A DNA stretch of 64,000 bases, from sequence record PQ464595.1; one strand, written 5' to 3'. The number at the start of each line of letters is the position of its first letter. The stretch's first letter is position 1. Below, one piece after another: positions 44,134 to 54,811 of this stretch. The translations under genes and the position numbers were made by a program. The notes under the pieces are model-generated. The model was not told where the DNA came from. It worked only from the letters and a program-made list of their open reading frames with translations, and did not search any database.

Positions 44134-44403
44134 TTATTCACCTTTGTTCTTACGTTTTTCGTCCAAGGTCAGATTCTCTAAACCCTTTTCGAACTTACGA
44201 TAGTCTCGGTTCTTAATACTCAAGAACAAACGTCTAGTGAGATCGTTTGCTACTTCTTCATCAAAATCCTCGTCAATACTATCTAGTAGATTGATTATCG
44301 AATTTATTGCGTGATCAGCACGATTTCCTAAACTTTGAAGTTTTTCTTTGTCCGAAGTATAGTTTACTATACTATCCAGAAGATTGTGCTTTTTATTCGA
44401 CAT
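44134..44403 (-). CDS. Hypothetical helical protein
   Basis: Start moved to MSNKK; TATAAATA at 44464-44471 inside the helicase 3' end. Confidence 0.7.
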   Translation of the reverse strand: MSNKKHNLLDSIVNYTSDKEKLQSLGNRADHAINSIINLLDSIDEDFDEEVANDLTRRLFLSIKNRDYRKFEKGLENLTLDEKRKNKGE

Positions 44404-44404
44404 A

Positions 44405-45907
44405 TTACATCCTACCATTCAAAAAGTTTCGCATACTAGAAACTTTATCCTCAGCCTTTGGTGTATTTATATCTTGGGATTCAGTAGTACTGTGATTTTG
44501 TACATCATTTGTACTAGATTTATGGGTAACTGTAGTCAATTTATTCTGTAGAGAACTCATAGCACCGCCTGGAGCTTGTGGAGTACTGAATACGTTACTT
44601 TTACCGATCATTACCTTGCCGCTGTGTTTGAATCCGGTATTAATTTCCATTTCCTGAACAGTGTTAGGGTGATCTAGTACTCGAAGTGAGTCAATATCAT
44701 AAGACATGATCAAACGAGAACCTACGGCTGAACTGTTACGTGTTTTCTGGAAATCCAGAACCATTTCACCGCGATCTTTACGAGCGTCGATGTAAATTAC
44801 GTTATCAGCAGTATAAATCTTAGAAATACCACCCGCAATCTGTGCTTGAGATTTAACATCTTCTCCAGCAACACCACTACGGTTGAACTGACAAGCTGTG
44901 AATACAGTTAGATCCATTTTCATAGCTAGAGCACGAAGTTCTTCTGATACGAACTTATCCTTAACGAACGCATTTGACTTATCGTTTGGACCACAACGGT
45001 CTGATGTTAATAGATCGAGATAGTCTACACAAACGTAGTCTAGTTTTACGCCAGTTTTGATTTGAAGTTCACGAATATAACTTTCAATGTCGTTGACAGT
45101 ACTAACAGATTCAGGTAAACGATGAATACGTAATTTACCGTTACTGCGTTCCTCAATTTTGACCTTAGCAGCAGTTTCATCAATGTCAACTTTGACTTTG
45201 TTCTGTGCTGTGTTAACCATCATACCATAGATACGAACAGCAACTAATTCAGATGCTAGTTCTAATGTGATGTAAGCACCATTAAGTCCAGCTTTACTGA
45301 AGTTCACGGCTAAGTTTTGGAGAACAACTGACTTACCACCACCAGACGCAGCAGCAAAGATTTCTAATTCTTGCTTGCCGAATCCACCAAATAGTTTATA
45401 GTCAAAAGTTTCCCAACCAGATTTGAATGTACCTTGTTGTTCTGCCAATTTACGAATAACCGATTCTGGATCTTCATAAATGTCTAGACCAATATCATTC
45501 TGTACTGTTACTAACATAGCTTCACGAATGAGTTCTTCGATTCCACCGTAACGTTTTTGGTTCACAAGTTCCATACCTTGCTGAATAGCTTGGGCTAGAG
45601 CTTTATGACGACAAAATTCTCCGATACTGTCCAGTACTGCCTGTTGATTCAACTCAGGAACTGTAGTTTCAGAGTACGAGAAATCCGCATTGTGTTTAAT
45701 GTCATTCAGTGTTGGAGTAACATTGTACTTTGATGAATAATCATGTACATATTGAATGCTTGAGTGATATTCCTTATCGAAATAATCAGGCTTCAAAACA
45801 TTCTTACATCGAACATATAAGTCCGGTGTACTAAAAATTTGCTGTAGCAAATATAATTGATATTGAATATCGTATTTTCTAACGTCCGTGTTGTTACTTA
45901 CTGCCAT
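44405..45907 (-). CDS. gp41: Replicative DnaB-family helicase (T4 gp41-like)
   Basis: AASGGGKS, YITLEL, VDYLDLL, TACQFNRSG, KTRNS. Confidence 0.92.
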   Translation of the reverse strand: MAVSNNTDVRKYDIQYQLYLLQQIFSTPDLYVRCKNVLKPDYFDKEYHSSIQYVHDYSSKYNVTPTLNDIKHNADFSYSETTVPELNQQAVLDSIGEFCRHKALAQAIQQGMELVNQKRYGGIEELIREAMLVTVQNDIGLDIYEDPESVIRKLAEQQGTFKSGWETFDYKLFGGFGKQELEIFAAASGGGKSVVLQNLAVNFSKAGLNGAYITLELASELVAVRIYGMMVNTAQNKVKVDIDETAAKVKIEERSNGKLRIHRLPESVSTVNDIESYIRELQIKTGVKLDYVCVDYLDLLTSDRCGPNDKSNAFVKDKFVSEELRALAMKMDLTVFTACQFNRSGVAGEDVKSQAQIAGGISKIYTADNVIYIDARKDRGEMVLDFQKTRNSSAVGSRLIMSYDIDSLRVLDHPNTVQEMEINTGFKHSGKVMIGKSNVFSTPQAPGGAMSSLQNKLTTVTHKSSTNDVQNHSTTESQDINTPKAEDKVSSMRNFLNGRM

Positions 45908-45914
45908 TTAAACC

Positions 45915-46961
45915 TCAAATCCATTTTTCAGTTTGTACTCTTATGTCGAATCTGTCTGTGTATATGCTCTTATGAAGAAGTTGTAAACAGAACAACCTTC
46001 CATACTTAGCACATGCTTCATCAAAATCCTTAATGTGACGGATTCCCTCTCCATCACGAACAGCCCCGAAGTCAGGTAGTGCTACACTGAATCCGTGCTC
46101 AATAGCTTGTTCAATTGTAACTAGACCATCTTTATCACGGTCTGGTACTATCACTATCATTTTACCACGTTCCTGAGCTTTCTTCAACAATTCAATCTGT
46201 GAAGTACTAAGGAAGTAGTTATTAGCAGAAATTCCACCCATTAACGCTGCGTCAATTGGCCCTTCTGCTACCAGGATTGTTTGCATCCTGTCATCATTTA
46301 GCAAATCGAAGTTATAAAAAATGCTCGTACTCACTTGGTTCCGATAACGATATTCGCTATCTTTGTCAATGTGACGAGCAGTGTAACCTATAATTTGTCC
46401 ATTCATGTAATACGGAATGATGAACCGTTGGAACATGTAAAACTCTTTTGATGGACTCCAGTACAGATTCAAGTCCAACAGATACGGATTACGTTCATTG
46501 ACTGCGTTAACTACTTTCAAAAATTCAGGTGGAATATTCGGAGAATTCACCCAATCAAGGAAAGGTTTAGCGTCAGAAGGTAATTCACGCTGTACTATTT
46601 TCTGGTACAGTTTTGATGCCGCAGTATCTTGTACTTCGTAATCACCACTTTCTACCATCTCTTTTGCGATTAGCTTTATGCTAATCATTTCTTTATCTGA
46701 CGCACCATATGAACGAAGCAAGGATTCCATATCCTTGCTTACATATCTTCCAGGTGTCCAGACTGTTTTTAGGTGACAGTTAAAACAGTTATACACGACA
46801 GAACCATCATTACGGAACATGTGATTTCCACGTCCTTTAGTATCAGGTCTTGATTGCCCTCGTGTAACACAAGCAGGGCAATTGTGTTGATTCCAGCGAT
46901 CCATCATTGGTGCTGGATCGTGCATAATTGATGCCATAATGTCTTGTATCTGATTCATCAT
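45915..46961 (-). CDS. DNA primase (Zn ribbon plus TOPRIM; T4 gp61-like)
   Basis: CPAC...CFNC, RFIIP, GYTAR, VAEGPIDA, PDRDKDG, KDFDE; adjacent to the helicase. Confidence 0.8.
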   Translation of the reverse strand: MMNQIQDIMASIMHDPAPMMDRWNQHNCPACVTRGQSRPDTKGRGNHMFRNDGSVVYNCFNCHLKTVWTPGRYVSKDMESLLRSYGASDKEMISIKLIAKEMVESGDYEVQDTAASKLYQKIVQRELPSDAKPFLDWVNSPNIPPEFLKVVNAVNERNPYLLDLNLYWSPSKEFYMFQRFIIPYYMNGQIIGYTARHIDKDSEYRYRNQVSTSIFYNFDLLNDDRMQTILVAEGPIDAALMGGISANNYFLSTSQIELLKKAQERGKMIVIVPDRDKDGLVTIEQAIEHGFSVALPDFGAVRDGEGIRHIKDFDEACAKYGRLFCLQLLHKSIYTDRFDIRVQTEKWI

Positions 46962-47023
46962 TCATTTCCTATGTCTGTGTCAGTACTTCGATCATTATAC
47001 CACATTTTTACAAGTCATTCCAT

Positions 47024-47995
47024 TTATCTGCGAATCAGAATCTTAGGGATTGTGTTCAACGGATTGTAATCTTTCTTGATTACATTAGGTGGATAATTCT
47101 TAACAATCGGCGGGATAGCAGCTACTACACGAACCCACATAAGCTGTCCGTGGAAGTTAAATGCTCTTATTCCTTCCAATGGAATTGGAATACCATTTGG
47201 ATCAAAATCACTCTCAATGTATTCTTTACCATCAAGTTTAATGATGAACCACTTATAGTCTTCAGCATCCTTTGGCGTCTCGTTAGCAAGACAACCCTGT
47301 AGTTGAACTCTACCAATGAAATTATTGAAGTAAAATGCGATAGTACTTAAACCATCTACTAAACCATACTGAGCATCAGCACGGATTGCGGAACTATGCA
47401 ATACGTCGAATTCACCAATAATACCATTAGAGATAGGCTTTTGTTCCTTGTCTTTAATTGGTAGATATGATGGATTCTTATCTTTACTGATTTCTTGACT
47501 CGGTGTAAATGTTGGAGCAGCTAGATTACTGATAGTTAGTTCAGCACTAGCTTCATAGTTCAATCCAGTATACAAGTACTCTGTCGGTTCAATTAGATCC
47601 CCATCCATTGTAACTTTAGTAATACTCCAGCGGTATTTTGAACCAACACTTAGATCTTGTATAACTCCAGCAGGAACCATACAACCATAGTAGACTTTAA
47701 CTTTATTACTAACAGTTGGTCGTGCTTGTCCAGCTTCAGATACCCATGAAGGTATTTGCTTGTCAAGCACTGTTTCGAAGATTCTGGTATCCGAACGAGC
47801 ATCATAGATACTGAATACCAGATATTGATTATCACTAATCAATGTATATTTTCCATCAGCATTATGAATAGTAAAGCTAAGTGGATTGTTTGCACCTCTA
47901 TAAATGGTTAGTTTCTGTTGAGAGAATGGCATATTAAAATTGCCCAAAGAAACTTCATTGTTATAAGGATACATGTAAACGCCATGATGTGCCAT
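47024..47995 (-). CDS. Probable virion structural protein
   Basis: Beta-rich; ATAAATA on the minus strand at 48033-48039; start ATG 47995 with GAGG. Confidence 0.5.
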   Translation of the reverse strand: MAHHGVYMYPYNNEVSLGNFNMPFSQQKLTIYRGANNPLSFTIHNADGKYTLISDNQYLVFSIYDARSDTRIFETVLDKQIPSWVSEAGQARPTVSNKVKVYYGCMVPAGVIQDLSVGSKYRWSITKVTMDGDLIEPTEYLYTGLNYEASAELTISNLAAPTFTPSQEISKDKNPSYLPIKDKEQKPISNGIIGEFDVLHSSAIRADAQYGLVDGLSTIAFYFNNFIGRVQLQGCLANETPKDAEDYKWFIIKLDGKEYIESDFDPNGIPIPLEGIRAFNFHGQLMWVRVVAAIPPIVKNYPPNVIKKDYNPLNTIPKILIRR

Positions 47996-48048
47996 GTTCA
48001 ACCTCGATAAATATTATATACAATTTATACAATATTTATGGAAGTCCT

Positions 48049-48402
48049 ATGAATGAATATAAAACATATCCGTTCGTGACCATCATTGAACACGACGATA
48101 TAATCTATTATGGGATTATCAAAATCAAAAGTAAACAATACATTACATTGTACTGCTTCTCTGAGATGGATGAATCCCTTCAAGAAGAACTGCTATTACT
48201 GGCTAATAACTGGTGGTGGCAAAGTAATCGAACCATTCCTATTTGCTTATTCATGCAAGAAGAAATGGAAAAATTTGAACCATACACCAAACGATTTAAC
48301 ACTGACCAAGTGAAAGTTCATAGCGGTCCAGTTATATCTTTAAGTGATCTACCTACTAAACGTATTAAACGTCGAAATGTTGCTCTTAAGAAGAGGAAGT
48401 AA
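48049..48402 (+). CDS. Hypothetical protein with a basic C-terminus
   Basis: Start moved to MNEYK; plus-strand ATAAATA at 48007-48013. Confidence 0.65.
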   Translation: MNEYKTYPFVTIIEHDDIIYYGIIKIKSKQYITLYCFSEMDESLQEELLLLANNWWWQSNRTIPICLFMQEEMEKFEPYTKRFNTDQVKVHSGPVISLSDLPTKRIKRRNVALKKRK

Positions 48403-49036
48403 TATACTCAACTAGAGCGTTTAATTGAACAACAATCATCAAACTATAAGCGTATGCATGAGGCTTCTTGAAGTATCTTAACTTCCGACCTTCAGCATCA
48501 AGACCAATACTCTCATAATCCCAAATCACTGCCCTTACTTCATCCCAACTATTCATACTCTGACATTGACGCTTGCCTGGACGAATCATAGCAATAAACA
48601 TTGCCAATTCATCTATATTTTTAGGCTTCCAGATATGTAGCAACGTAATGTGCTTCTTAATCTGCGATAGTTCTTCTACGAATTCCGGTACTAATAATAG
48701 ATCCCAATCTGGCTCTTTGTTCATTAACTCCTTCAAATGATCCCTATCACGAACATGCTCATAAGCCGACTGAGAAAGAATATCAACTTTTTGGTATCCT
48801 AATCTTTCGGCTTCTTTGTATTGTATGCTTGCTAATCCACTAATTGGATCTACGGGTATATTATCGAAGTGAACACCACTATTGTGAGGGATCAAACCAT
48901 CTTCAGTAATCTTCTCAATACTTCTAGTACAAGGAAGTTGCTCAATCACTGACTTTCCATCTTTAAAGTCAATATCAATATCAGTTCGAGCTTTACGGTA
49001 ATTAATAGTTTGAGAACTCTTGTGATCCGTATCCAT
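48386..49036 (-). CDS. DNA polymerase III alpha (DnaE)-like catalytic palm fragment
   Basis: TDIDIDF (two catalytic Asp), HNSGV, LGYQKVDIL (third Asp), LAMFIAMIRPG, FKKPHAYAY, all in DnaE order. Confidence 0.85.
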   Translation of the reverse strand: MDTDHKSSQTINYRKARTDIDIDFKDGKSVIEQLPCTRSIEKITEDGLIPHNSGVHFDNIPVDPISGLASIQYKEAERLGYQKVDILSQSAYEHVRDRDHLKELMNKEPDWDLLLVPEFVEELSQIKKHITLLHIWKPKNIDELAMFIAMIRPGKRQCQSMNSWDEVRAVIWDYESIGLDAEGRKLRYFKKPHAYAYSLMIVVQLNALVEYITSSS

Positions 49037-49361
49037 TCGTAATTTCCTTTAGTCGTTGGACTTCTTGCTTCAACGTAGCAATATCATTAGCCATAATCTT
49101 AATTATGGATGTTTGCTCTTTCACACGCTGACGCAAAGTGAATATTGCTTCTTCATGCTGTCCAATAAAGGTAATAGCCTGTTCTATACGTTTAGGATCA
49201 GTAACCTGAAAGGTTCTGTCTCCCATTGTAATCTCAGTAACAGTACCTTGACGCAGGATTGAAAGCTGTGAAGCATTCTCTTTCAATTGTTCTTTTTCAA
49301 GAGAAATTTCTTTCTTTTCTTCTTCTGTAAGTTCTGGTTCAGAATAAATTCTGGATTTCAT
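49002..49361 (-). CDS. Hypothetical coiled-coil protein
   Basis: 119 aa, overlapping operon. Confidence 0.65.
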   Translation of the reverse strand: MKSRIYSEPELTEEEKKEISLEKEQLKENASQLSILRQGTVTEITMGDRTFQVTDPKRIEQAITFIGQHEEAIFTLRQRVKEQTSIIKIMANDIATLKQEVQRLKEITNGYGSQEFSNY

Positions 49362-50077
49362 ATACCTGCCTCCGTGAGTAAATTTCGTATATCCATTACT
49401 TCATCGTTGTACCTTATTTGTAAAATCTTAAAGTACGTTGGGTCAATGAATCGGACAAGATACTCTAACTCTGAATCCGAAAAACGGTTCAGTAGTTTAT
49501 TCCCACTTTCTGGTGAAGCAGCGTAGATAATCCACGGTGATAGTTTACCAGTTTCGAACCATAATATAGCACGTTCAGTACTGATGTTATCAAAGAAATC
49601 TGTCCATTCATTATCTGTAGCAACTCCCCATTCCACAATTGCGTTAATAGAACGCTCGATTCCTCGACGTGGATGTTCGTTACGAATACAGCTAATTACC
49701 CATTCTTCGTATGTCTTATGTGATTTCCATTCATAAACGGTTTTACCACCAGTTAAGACATGCTTGATGAATTGTTCTTTATTTAGAATATCATGAGACA
49801 AAATGTACTGAGCAAAATCGTAGAAGTCGTTAAAGTACCTGGATTTGATGAATTGCATCAATGGTTCTTCATTCTTCTTCATCTGGAATTTGTGTGCTTC
49901 CATGAATAACATATAAAGACGGTACGCCTCACGCATTAATCGTGATTCACGGTCATTATAACGATCACGTTTCACGCAAGCATGAGTTAGTACTGTATCT
50001 TCTCGTTTGTATTCTTTATCGCAAAATCTGCATTTAAAAGTAGGGGCTTTCGCAGCCCCTTTTTTATTTGTTGCCAT
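49358..50077 (-). CDS. Zn-finger-containing hypothetical protein
   Basis: N-terminal CRFC-x12-HAC. Confidence 0.65.
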   Translation of the reverse strand: MATNKKGAAKAPTFKCRFCDKEYKREDTVLTHACVKRDRYNDRESRLMREAYRLYMLFMEAHKFQMKKNEEPLMQFIKSRYFNDFYDFAQYILSHDILNKEQFIKHVLTGGKTVYEWKSHKTYEEWVISCIRNEHPRRGIERSINAIVEWGVATDNEWTDFFDNISTERAILWFETGKLSPWIIYAASPESGNKLLNRFSDSELEYLVRFIDPTYFKILQIRYNDEVMDIRNLLTEAGI

Positions 50078-50909
50078 ATTTTTCGTTTTCTGCCTTGAAT
50101 AGTTTTAAGAGACTCTTAATCTCTTGGTCTGAACTTCCTAAGTCTTTTAGTAGTTCTTCAAAGGTTTCTTTCGTGTAACTGGACAATAGTATTTTGTATT
50201 CTGCCTCATTCATTTGGACAGATACAGATTCTGGTTGTGTACGTTTAATTACTTCGAAGATATTCTTATCTACGTTCTTTAAACCTTTACAATGTGCCAA
50301 CCAGTTATGAGCACGTTTCTGTGGCCCGATCATTTCCGATACTGAACACATAAGTTGGTAAACTAACTCAGGGTGATTCTTCATTTCCCAAAAGTTACTG
50401 TTCACCATGTCATTCAGCATGATCAAATGGTACTTGATTGTAGTACTATCAATAAGTGAAATGATTTCATGTCCAGTAATACCAAATTCTTTCATCATCA
50501 GTACTAGAGCATCAGCAGATGCCCTATCTTGAACTGCGAATTTGATTCTCCAGTCATATTTTGCGTGTTCATACTTCGCAGTACTGATACATACACCATT
50601 ACCAGTACCGTTGAACTCGTCTTTTAGTTCATTTAGAGCTTCTTTACCGCCGCCTGACCATTTACCAAAGATAGCTTCTACTTTCTTTGCGTTATATGTC
50701 AGTTGGACTGAATCATCAAGAGAACTAATCCAACGTAATACGATATAAGGCTGGAAATGCTTCTTTTCTTTATCACTTAGGGTTTCATAATACCCATAAT
50801 CTGCCATGTCAATCTTTTCAAGTAAGAGATTCATATCTAACTTGTGATTTGACTCGGACGCTGAATCTTCATCCTCTGAAGATGATGGTAATCCGCTAAA
50901 ATCGAACAT
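50064..50909 (-). CDS. Putative clamp-loader small subunit (T4 gp62-like)
   Basis: YETLSDKEKKHFQPYIVLRWIS and C-terminal LLKDLGSSDQEIK resemble gp62-family ends. Confidence 0.5.
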   Translation of the reverse strand: MFDFSGLPSSSEDEDSASESNHKLDMNLLLEKIDMADYGYYETLSDKEKKHFQPYIVLRWISSLDDSVQLTYNAKKVEAIFGKWSGGGKEALNELKDEFNGTGNGVCISTAKYEHAKYDWRIKFAVQDRASADALVLMMKEFGITGHEIISLIDSTTIKYHLIMLNDMVNSNFWEMKNHPELVYQLMCSVSEMIGPQKRAHNWLAHCKGLKNVDKNIFEVIKRTQPESVSVQMNEAEYKILLSSYTKETFEELLKDLGSSDQEIKSLLKLFKAENEKYGNK

Positions 50910-51412
50910 TAGTCACCAATTCCTAAAAATAAATCTTGGATTTTTTCATTTTCATCTGCGAAGTATACACATGGAGGGTTCATTCCATTACAGAGAGGCA
51001 CTGCCAGAAGGTTTTTCTTCGGAAGCATTGGGATTTGCCACTTAGTTGTTAGTGTGAATACTCGTAGTACTTTAACTTGTTCATATCGTGGGTACATCGA
51101 ACGAATAGGATTGTAAACGAAAGCACGAGGGTCTTTCATATTCAAAATATTCTCAATAGTACACATCTCCATCATACCAGTATCTTCATCACCTAGCAAG
51201 ATTTGCCAACTGAGAGGAACTTGGACGATGTGATTTCCAATTTGTAAGTCAGCACTAATACTGTTAAACGAAACTGTGTTCAGAATATGTTTAAAGTAGT
51301 AATCAGCATCTTCAACTGAGCTTAGATCTAATACGCAGTACATTTCTTCTGGAATGGTATCAGTAACCAGATCCATTTCAAATGCATAATTTTCAGGGGT
51401 TAATACGTTCAT
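50909..51412 (-). CDS. Hypothetical beta-rich protein
   Basis: 167 aa, coupled in the replication operon. Confidence 0.65.
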   Translation of the reverse strand: MNVLTPENYAFEMDLVTDTIPEEMYCVLDLSSVEDADYYFKHILNTVSFNSISADLQIGNHIVQVPLSWQILLGDEDTGMMEMCTIENILNMKDPRAFVYNPIRSMYPRYEQVKVLRVFTLTTKWQIPMLPKKNLLAVPLCNGMNPPCVYFADENEKIQDLFLGIGD

Positions 51413-51421
51413 GTGAATTCC

Positions 51422-51859
51422 TTAGTAGTAATTGTCTTCTTCTTCGTCAGAATCCAGATAATAATCATCGTCATCATCGGAACTGCCGTAGAACTCCAAT
51501 CCATAGGTTTCACACAACTCTTGAATCTTGTCGGTGTCAGTATCAAGGTACGCATCGAAATTACCAGTTACACTAATAACATCAATATACGACTTACCAT
51601 CAGTACTAGCATAGATAATATCATATTTGCGTTCTTGATCAAATTTATCATCTAATCGAGCTTTAATGTCGTAGATGTTGACCCAAGAATCACCGTTACA
51701 ATCGCAACGGTACACATAGGTATCTGTAGTTTCCAGTTCTGGAATGTAGTCTACAGAGAATACCATGTCGTCAATCATTGATTCTTCCGTTATCAGAGTA
51801 TCAATGATTTCTAAAATTTCAGAATCACCTATAAAGGCAATACTTGATCGAAGTTCCAT
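51422..51859 (-). CDS. Very acidic hypothetical protein
   Basis: D/E-rich tail; TGTGCTATAAT at 51893-51903. Confidence 0.65.
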   Translation of the reverse strand: MELRSSIAFIGDSEILEIIDTLITEESMIDDMVFSVDYIPELETTDTYVYRCDCNGDSWVNIYDIKARLDDKFDQERKYDIIYASTDGKSYIDVISVTGNFDAYLDTDTDKIQELCETYGLEFYGSSDDDDDYYLDSDEEEDNYY

Positions 51860-51913
51860 TTCAAAATATCCTTATTATTTTGTTTCGTCTATATTATAGC
51901 ACAAAAATGCCAC

Positions 51914-53398
51914 TCATTCCATTTTTTCCCAATCTTCCACTATCATTTCGACATATGGATACTGGACTTCTTTATAATAAGCTATACGTTCTCTAGAGTG
52001 CTTAGCACTGTACTTATTAGAACCGCATATATCATAAATCTCAACATGGTCTTTGTCTTCAGCACGGCGTAAGCCACGACCGATACTCTGAATAGTACGA
52101 ACAAAACTTTTTCCCGGTTCGATAAGTACAACATTGTACAAACGACTAATACTGATACCTGTACTCGCAACACCATAGGTAGCGATAAGTATCTTATTAT
52201 CAGCCCAACGTATCTCACCATAGGACGCTTCACGGTCTTTCTTCTTCGTATTACCCCGAACGAATTCGGATCTTGGAATACCTAAAGCATCGCAAAGCAT
52301 TTCACCCGCTTCTAGCCTATCTACTAGTACTAGAGTGTTTCCAGATTCGGCAATTGCTGAAATCAAAGTGGCAATATAGGACATTCGATCTATATCAGTG
52401 ACCAAGTACTTCAGTTCTTCCTGATAATTCCCAAATTTTAAAGCACTTTTCAATTTAATGCAGTTCACATTACAAGTACTTAGAATCTTCTTATCCTGTA
52501 GTTCCTTCGCAGAGATTGTATAGATAACGTCACCGACATTACACTTAATCTTAGCTGCTAGTACTGGATCTTTCGGAATAGTACCTGTCAATCCCCAACG
52601 TAGGGGAATATTACGCATCACTTGGCCTAGTACTGCGTGTAATGCTTCTGCCGCACTGGTATGTGCTTCATCGACGATTACCGCAATTACACCATTGATG
52701 AAGTCATGTACATCTTGTTCAGTAAGTTCAACTTCACCTTTCTTTGTCTTCTTCCACAAAGAGTTTAATGATTGCCAAGTTGTAATGGTATGTTGATGAC
52801 CAAGTTCTTTCTTGTCACCATAAAACACACCAGCATCTAATCCGACCATTTCATAGTCGTTATATGTTTGTTGTACTAAGTCTTTGTTAGGAACAATAAC
52901 GATACTACGACCGTATTTCTCAACTGACTTAGACATAGCAGCGGTAATTAGCGTCTTACCGGAGCTAGTACTTGCCAATAGTAACCCATGTGGGTTCTGT
53001 AGACAGGTGTTTACAGCGTTCACCTGGTGTTCACGAAGAATAATCTTCTTACCTTCCATGTGATGACCCGCTGGGAATTCTACATAATCAAAAACATTTT
53101 CATCAATCGCATCGAACTCAAAATTGTGTTGAATACGTTGATCATCAATCTCGATCATTACATCATGTTTTTCAAGAATTGGAAGTAACTGATCCAACAT
53201 GTGGTAGTGAGTACTACCACCCATATTCATAAAGTTTACCTTACCATCCCAACGACCCATTCGACCCGCTGGAGTGAATTTAGCGTATGGTAATACGTAA
53301 GATACTTTACGAATCATTTCTTGACGAACATTAGGGGCAAGCCCCTCAAATTTACAGTTAACTTCATCCTGAAGTATTAACTTACAAGTTCCACTCAT
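51914..53398 (-). CDS. uvsW: UvsW-like SF2 helicase
   Basis: LREHQ, STSSGKT, DEAH, GLTGT, GISI, QSIGRGLR. Confidence 0.9.
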   Translation of the reverse strand: MSGTCKLILQDEVNCKFEGLAPNVRQEMIRKVSYVLPYAKFTPAGRMGRWDGKVNFMNMGGSTHYHMLDQLLPILEKHDVMIEIDDQRIQHNFEFDAIDENVFDYVEFPAGHHMEGKKIILREHQVNAVNTCLQNPHGLLLASTSSGKTLITAAMSKSVEKYGRSIVIVPNKDLVQQTYNDYEMVGLDAGVFYGDKKELGHQHTITTWQSLNSLWKKTKKGEVELTEQDVHDFINGVIAVIVDEAHTSAAEALHAVLGQVMRNIPLRWGLTGTIPKDPVLAAKIKCNVGDVIYTISAKELQDKKILSTCNVNCIKLKSALKFGNYQEELKYLVTDIDRMSYIATLISAIAESGNTLVLVDRLEAGEMLCDALGIPRSEFVRGNTKKKDREASYGEIRWADNKILIATYGVASTGISISRLYNVVLIEPGKSFVRTIQSIGRGLRRAEDKDHVEIYDICGSNKYSAKHSRERIAYYKEVQYPYVEMIVEDWEKME

Positions 53399-53420
53399 CC
53401 TTGAGTCCTTTATTTGTTAC

Positions 53421-54296
53421 TTAGTGTGGTTGTTCATCCACACTTATTTCGGTATCTCCGAACGTTACTAAACCAGCATCAATACGACGAGTAATTTCTA
53501 CTTCTACAGTATGAGCAAGGTCAGCATCAAAGTTTGGCATTTCAGGATTCATTACATCCATGTTCATAATCATCCATTCCAGATAATTCATGGGTACGTC
53601 TTCTATAATCCAACCTTTATGCTTACCGATAGTCATAGTACTGTAACATATTGGGGTATTTGCCAGTTCTACAACTTGAGAACCAATATCCTTATTGGAG
53701 TCAATCAAGTTACGTTCGATGGCTATATTTACTAAGTGCGTAAGTACCTTATATGTCATGTAAACATCGTCTTCAGCACTGTGAGGAACGATTTTACGTG
53801 TACAAGTCTTGTATAACTCGAACTTGAACCATAAGAAGCTCAAAGTAAGGTTTTTAAACTCAGTATCTTCAGCAAATAGCTTTTTAGCCAGTTTTAACGT
53901 ACAAATCCACCGTGATTCATCAAATAATTCAGGAAACTCAGATCCATCAGAGTGACGAATATGATTAAGTTGTAACATTCGACGGTCAAACTGCACATTG
54001 TGTCCTACATAGTACTGTTTTAATTCGAATAGTGGGTAAAACTCTGAATACTTATCAGAATATGATAATTCATTTTCTAAATCTTCGGTAGTTATGAAAT
54101 GTACGGCTGATGCTCCTGCTGGAACGTCATGCGTTGGTTTGAAACGTGTTGTATAGTTATATACATCATCAAATGAGTCATCAGCACTCACTGGAAATGT
54201 GGCACTAAACTCAATAATATCAGAATCGTCTTCAACTCCAGTTGTTTCAGTATCTAATACTATCATATTATTGTAAAACTTGTCAAGCTCGCCCAT
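53421..54296 (-). CDS. DEDDh 3'-5' exonuclease (ExoX/epsilon-like) with a C-terminal GKHKG domain
   Basis: LDTETTG, GHNVQFD, ICTLKLAK, HSAEDDV, IGKHKG...VP.NYLEW. Confidence 0.85.
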   Translation of the reverse strand: MGELDKFYNNMIVLDTETTGVEDDSDIIEFSATFPVSADDSFDDVYNYTTRFKPTHDVPAGASAVHFITTEDLENELSYSDKYSEFYPLFELKQYYVGHNVQFDRRMLQLNHIRHSDGSEFPELFDESRWICTLKLAKKLFAEDTEFKNLTLSFLWFKFELYKTCTRKIVPHSAEDDVYMTYKVLTHLVNIAIERNLIDSNKDIGSQVVELANTPICYSTMTIGKHKGWIIEDVPMNYLEWMIMNMDVMNPEMPNFDADLAHTVEVEITRRIDAGLVTFGDTEISVDEQPH

Positions 54297-54317
54297 GTAG
54301 CTTACTCCAAAAAGCAA

Positions 54318-54341
54318 AAAGGACGCAGAAAGCGTCCTTTA
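54318..54341. terminator. Intrinsic terminator
   Basis: AAAAAGGACGC-AGAAA-GCGTCCTTT. Confidence 0.75.
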
Positions 54342-54345
54342 AAAT

Positions 54346-54810
54346 TTATTCTAATCTTGCGTCTTCAATGCCAGCGGTTCTCAATCGAACAATGTTGTTC
54401 AACTGGAATGCTTTCATTTCCAACGACTTTACTATACCAGCCAATTGATTTCTTATATAAGCCACATCAGCGATTAATAATGCTAATGCCACTACATCAG
54501 GATCACCCTCGACGTATTTTTTACAGTCAGAACTTGTTAGAGCACGTTTGTAGTGCTCTAGTAGTAATTTGAATTTCTCGGATTCTAATTGTTTCATTTC
54601 GATTTCGAGAATTTCCATAACTGCTTCTACTTCTTGGAATTGACTGAAGCGGAGTTCATGATAAGCTGGCAATTGTTGAGATATTTTTTCAATAACTCCA
54701 ATTTGTTTGATTTCTCTACGTGCTTCTTCCAATTCACCTTCGAAAAAATCAACCATGTCGATAATCTTTGACTTATCATCTTTGATAATCCAATGCCATG
54801 CTCTAGCCAT
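54346..54810 (-). CDS. uvsY: UvsY-like recombination mediator
   Basis: YKRALTSSDCKKYVEGD; helical; located between uvsX and uvsW. Confidence 0.75.
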   Translation of the reverse strand: MARAWHWIIKDDKSKIIDMVDFFEGELEEARREIKQIGVIEKISQQLPAYHELRFSQFQEVEAVMEILEIEMKQLESEKFKLLLEHYKRALTSSDCKKYVEGDPDVVALALLIADVAYIRNQLAGIVKSLEMKAFQLNNIVRLRTAGIEDARLE

Positions 54811-54811
54811 A

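Noticed and set aside
50043-50066. AGGGGC-TTTCGCA-GCCCCT hairpin with a T-tract
   Set aside because: It lies inside the coding overlap of two minus-strand genes, and its U-tract is on the non-coding strand; at most it stops antisense transcription.
50909-51412. Possible Hint/intein-like beta fold
   Set aside because: No N-terminal Cys/Ser, no TxxH and no C-terminal HN; the resemblance is too weak without an HMM or structure search.
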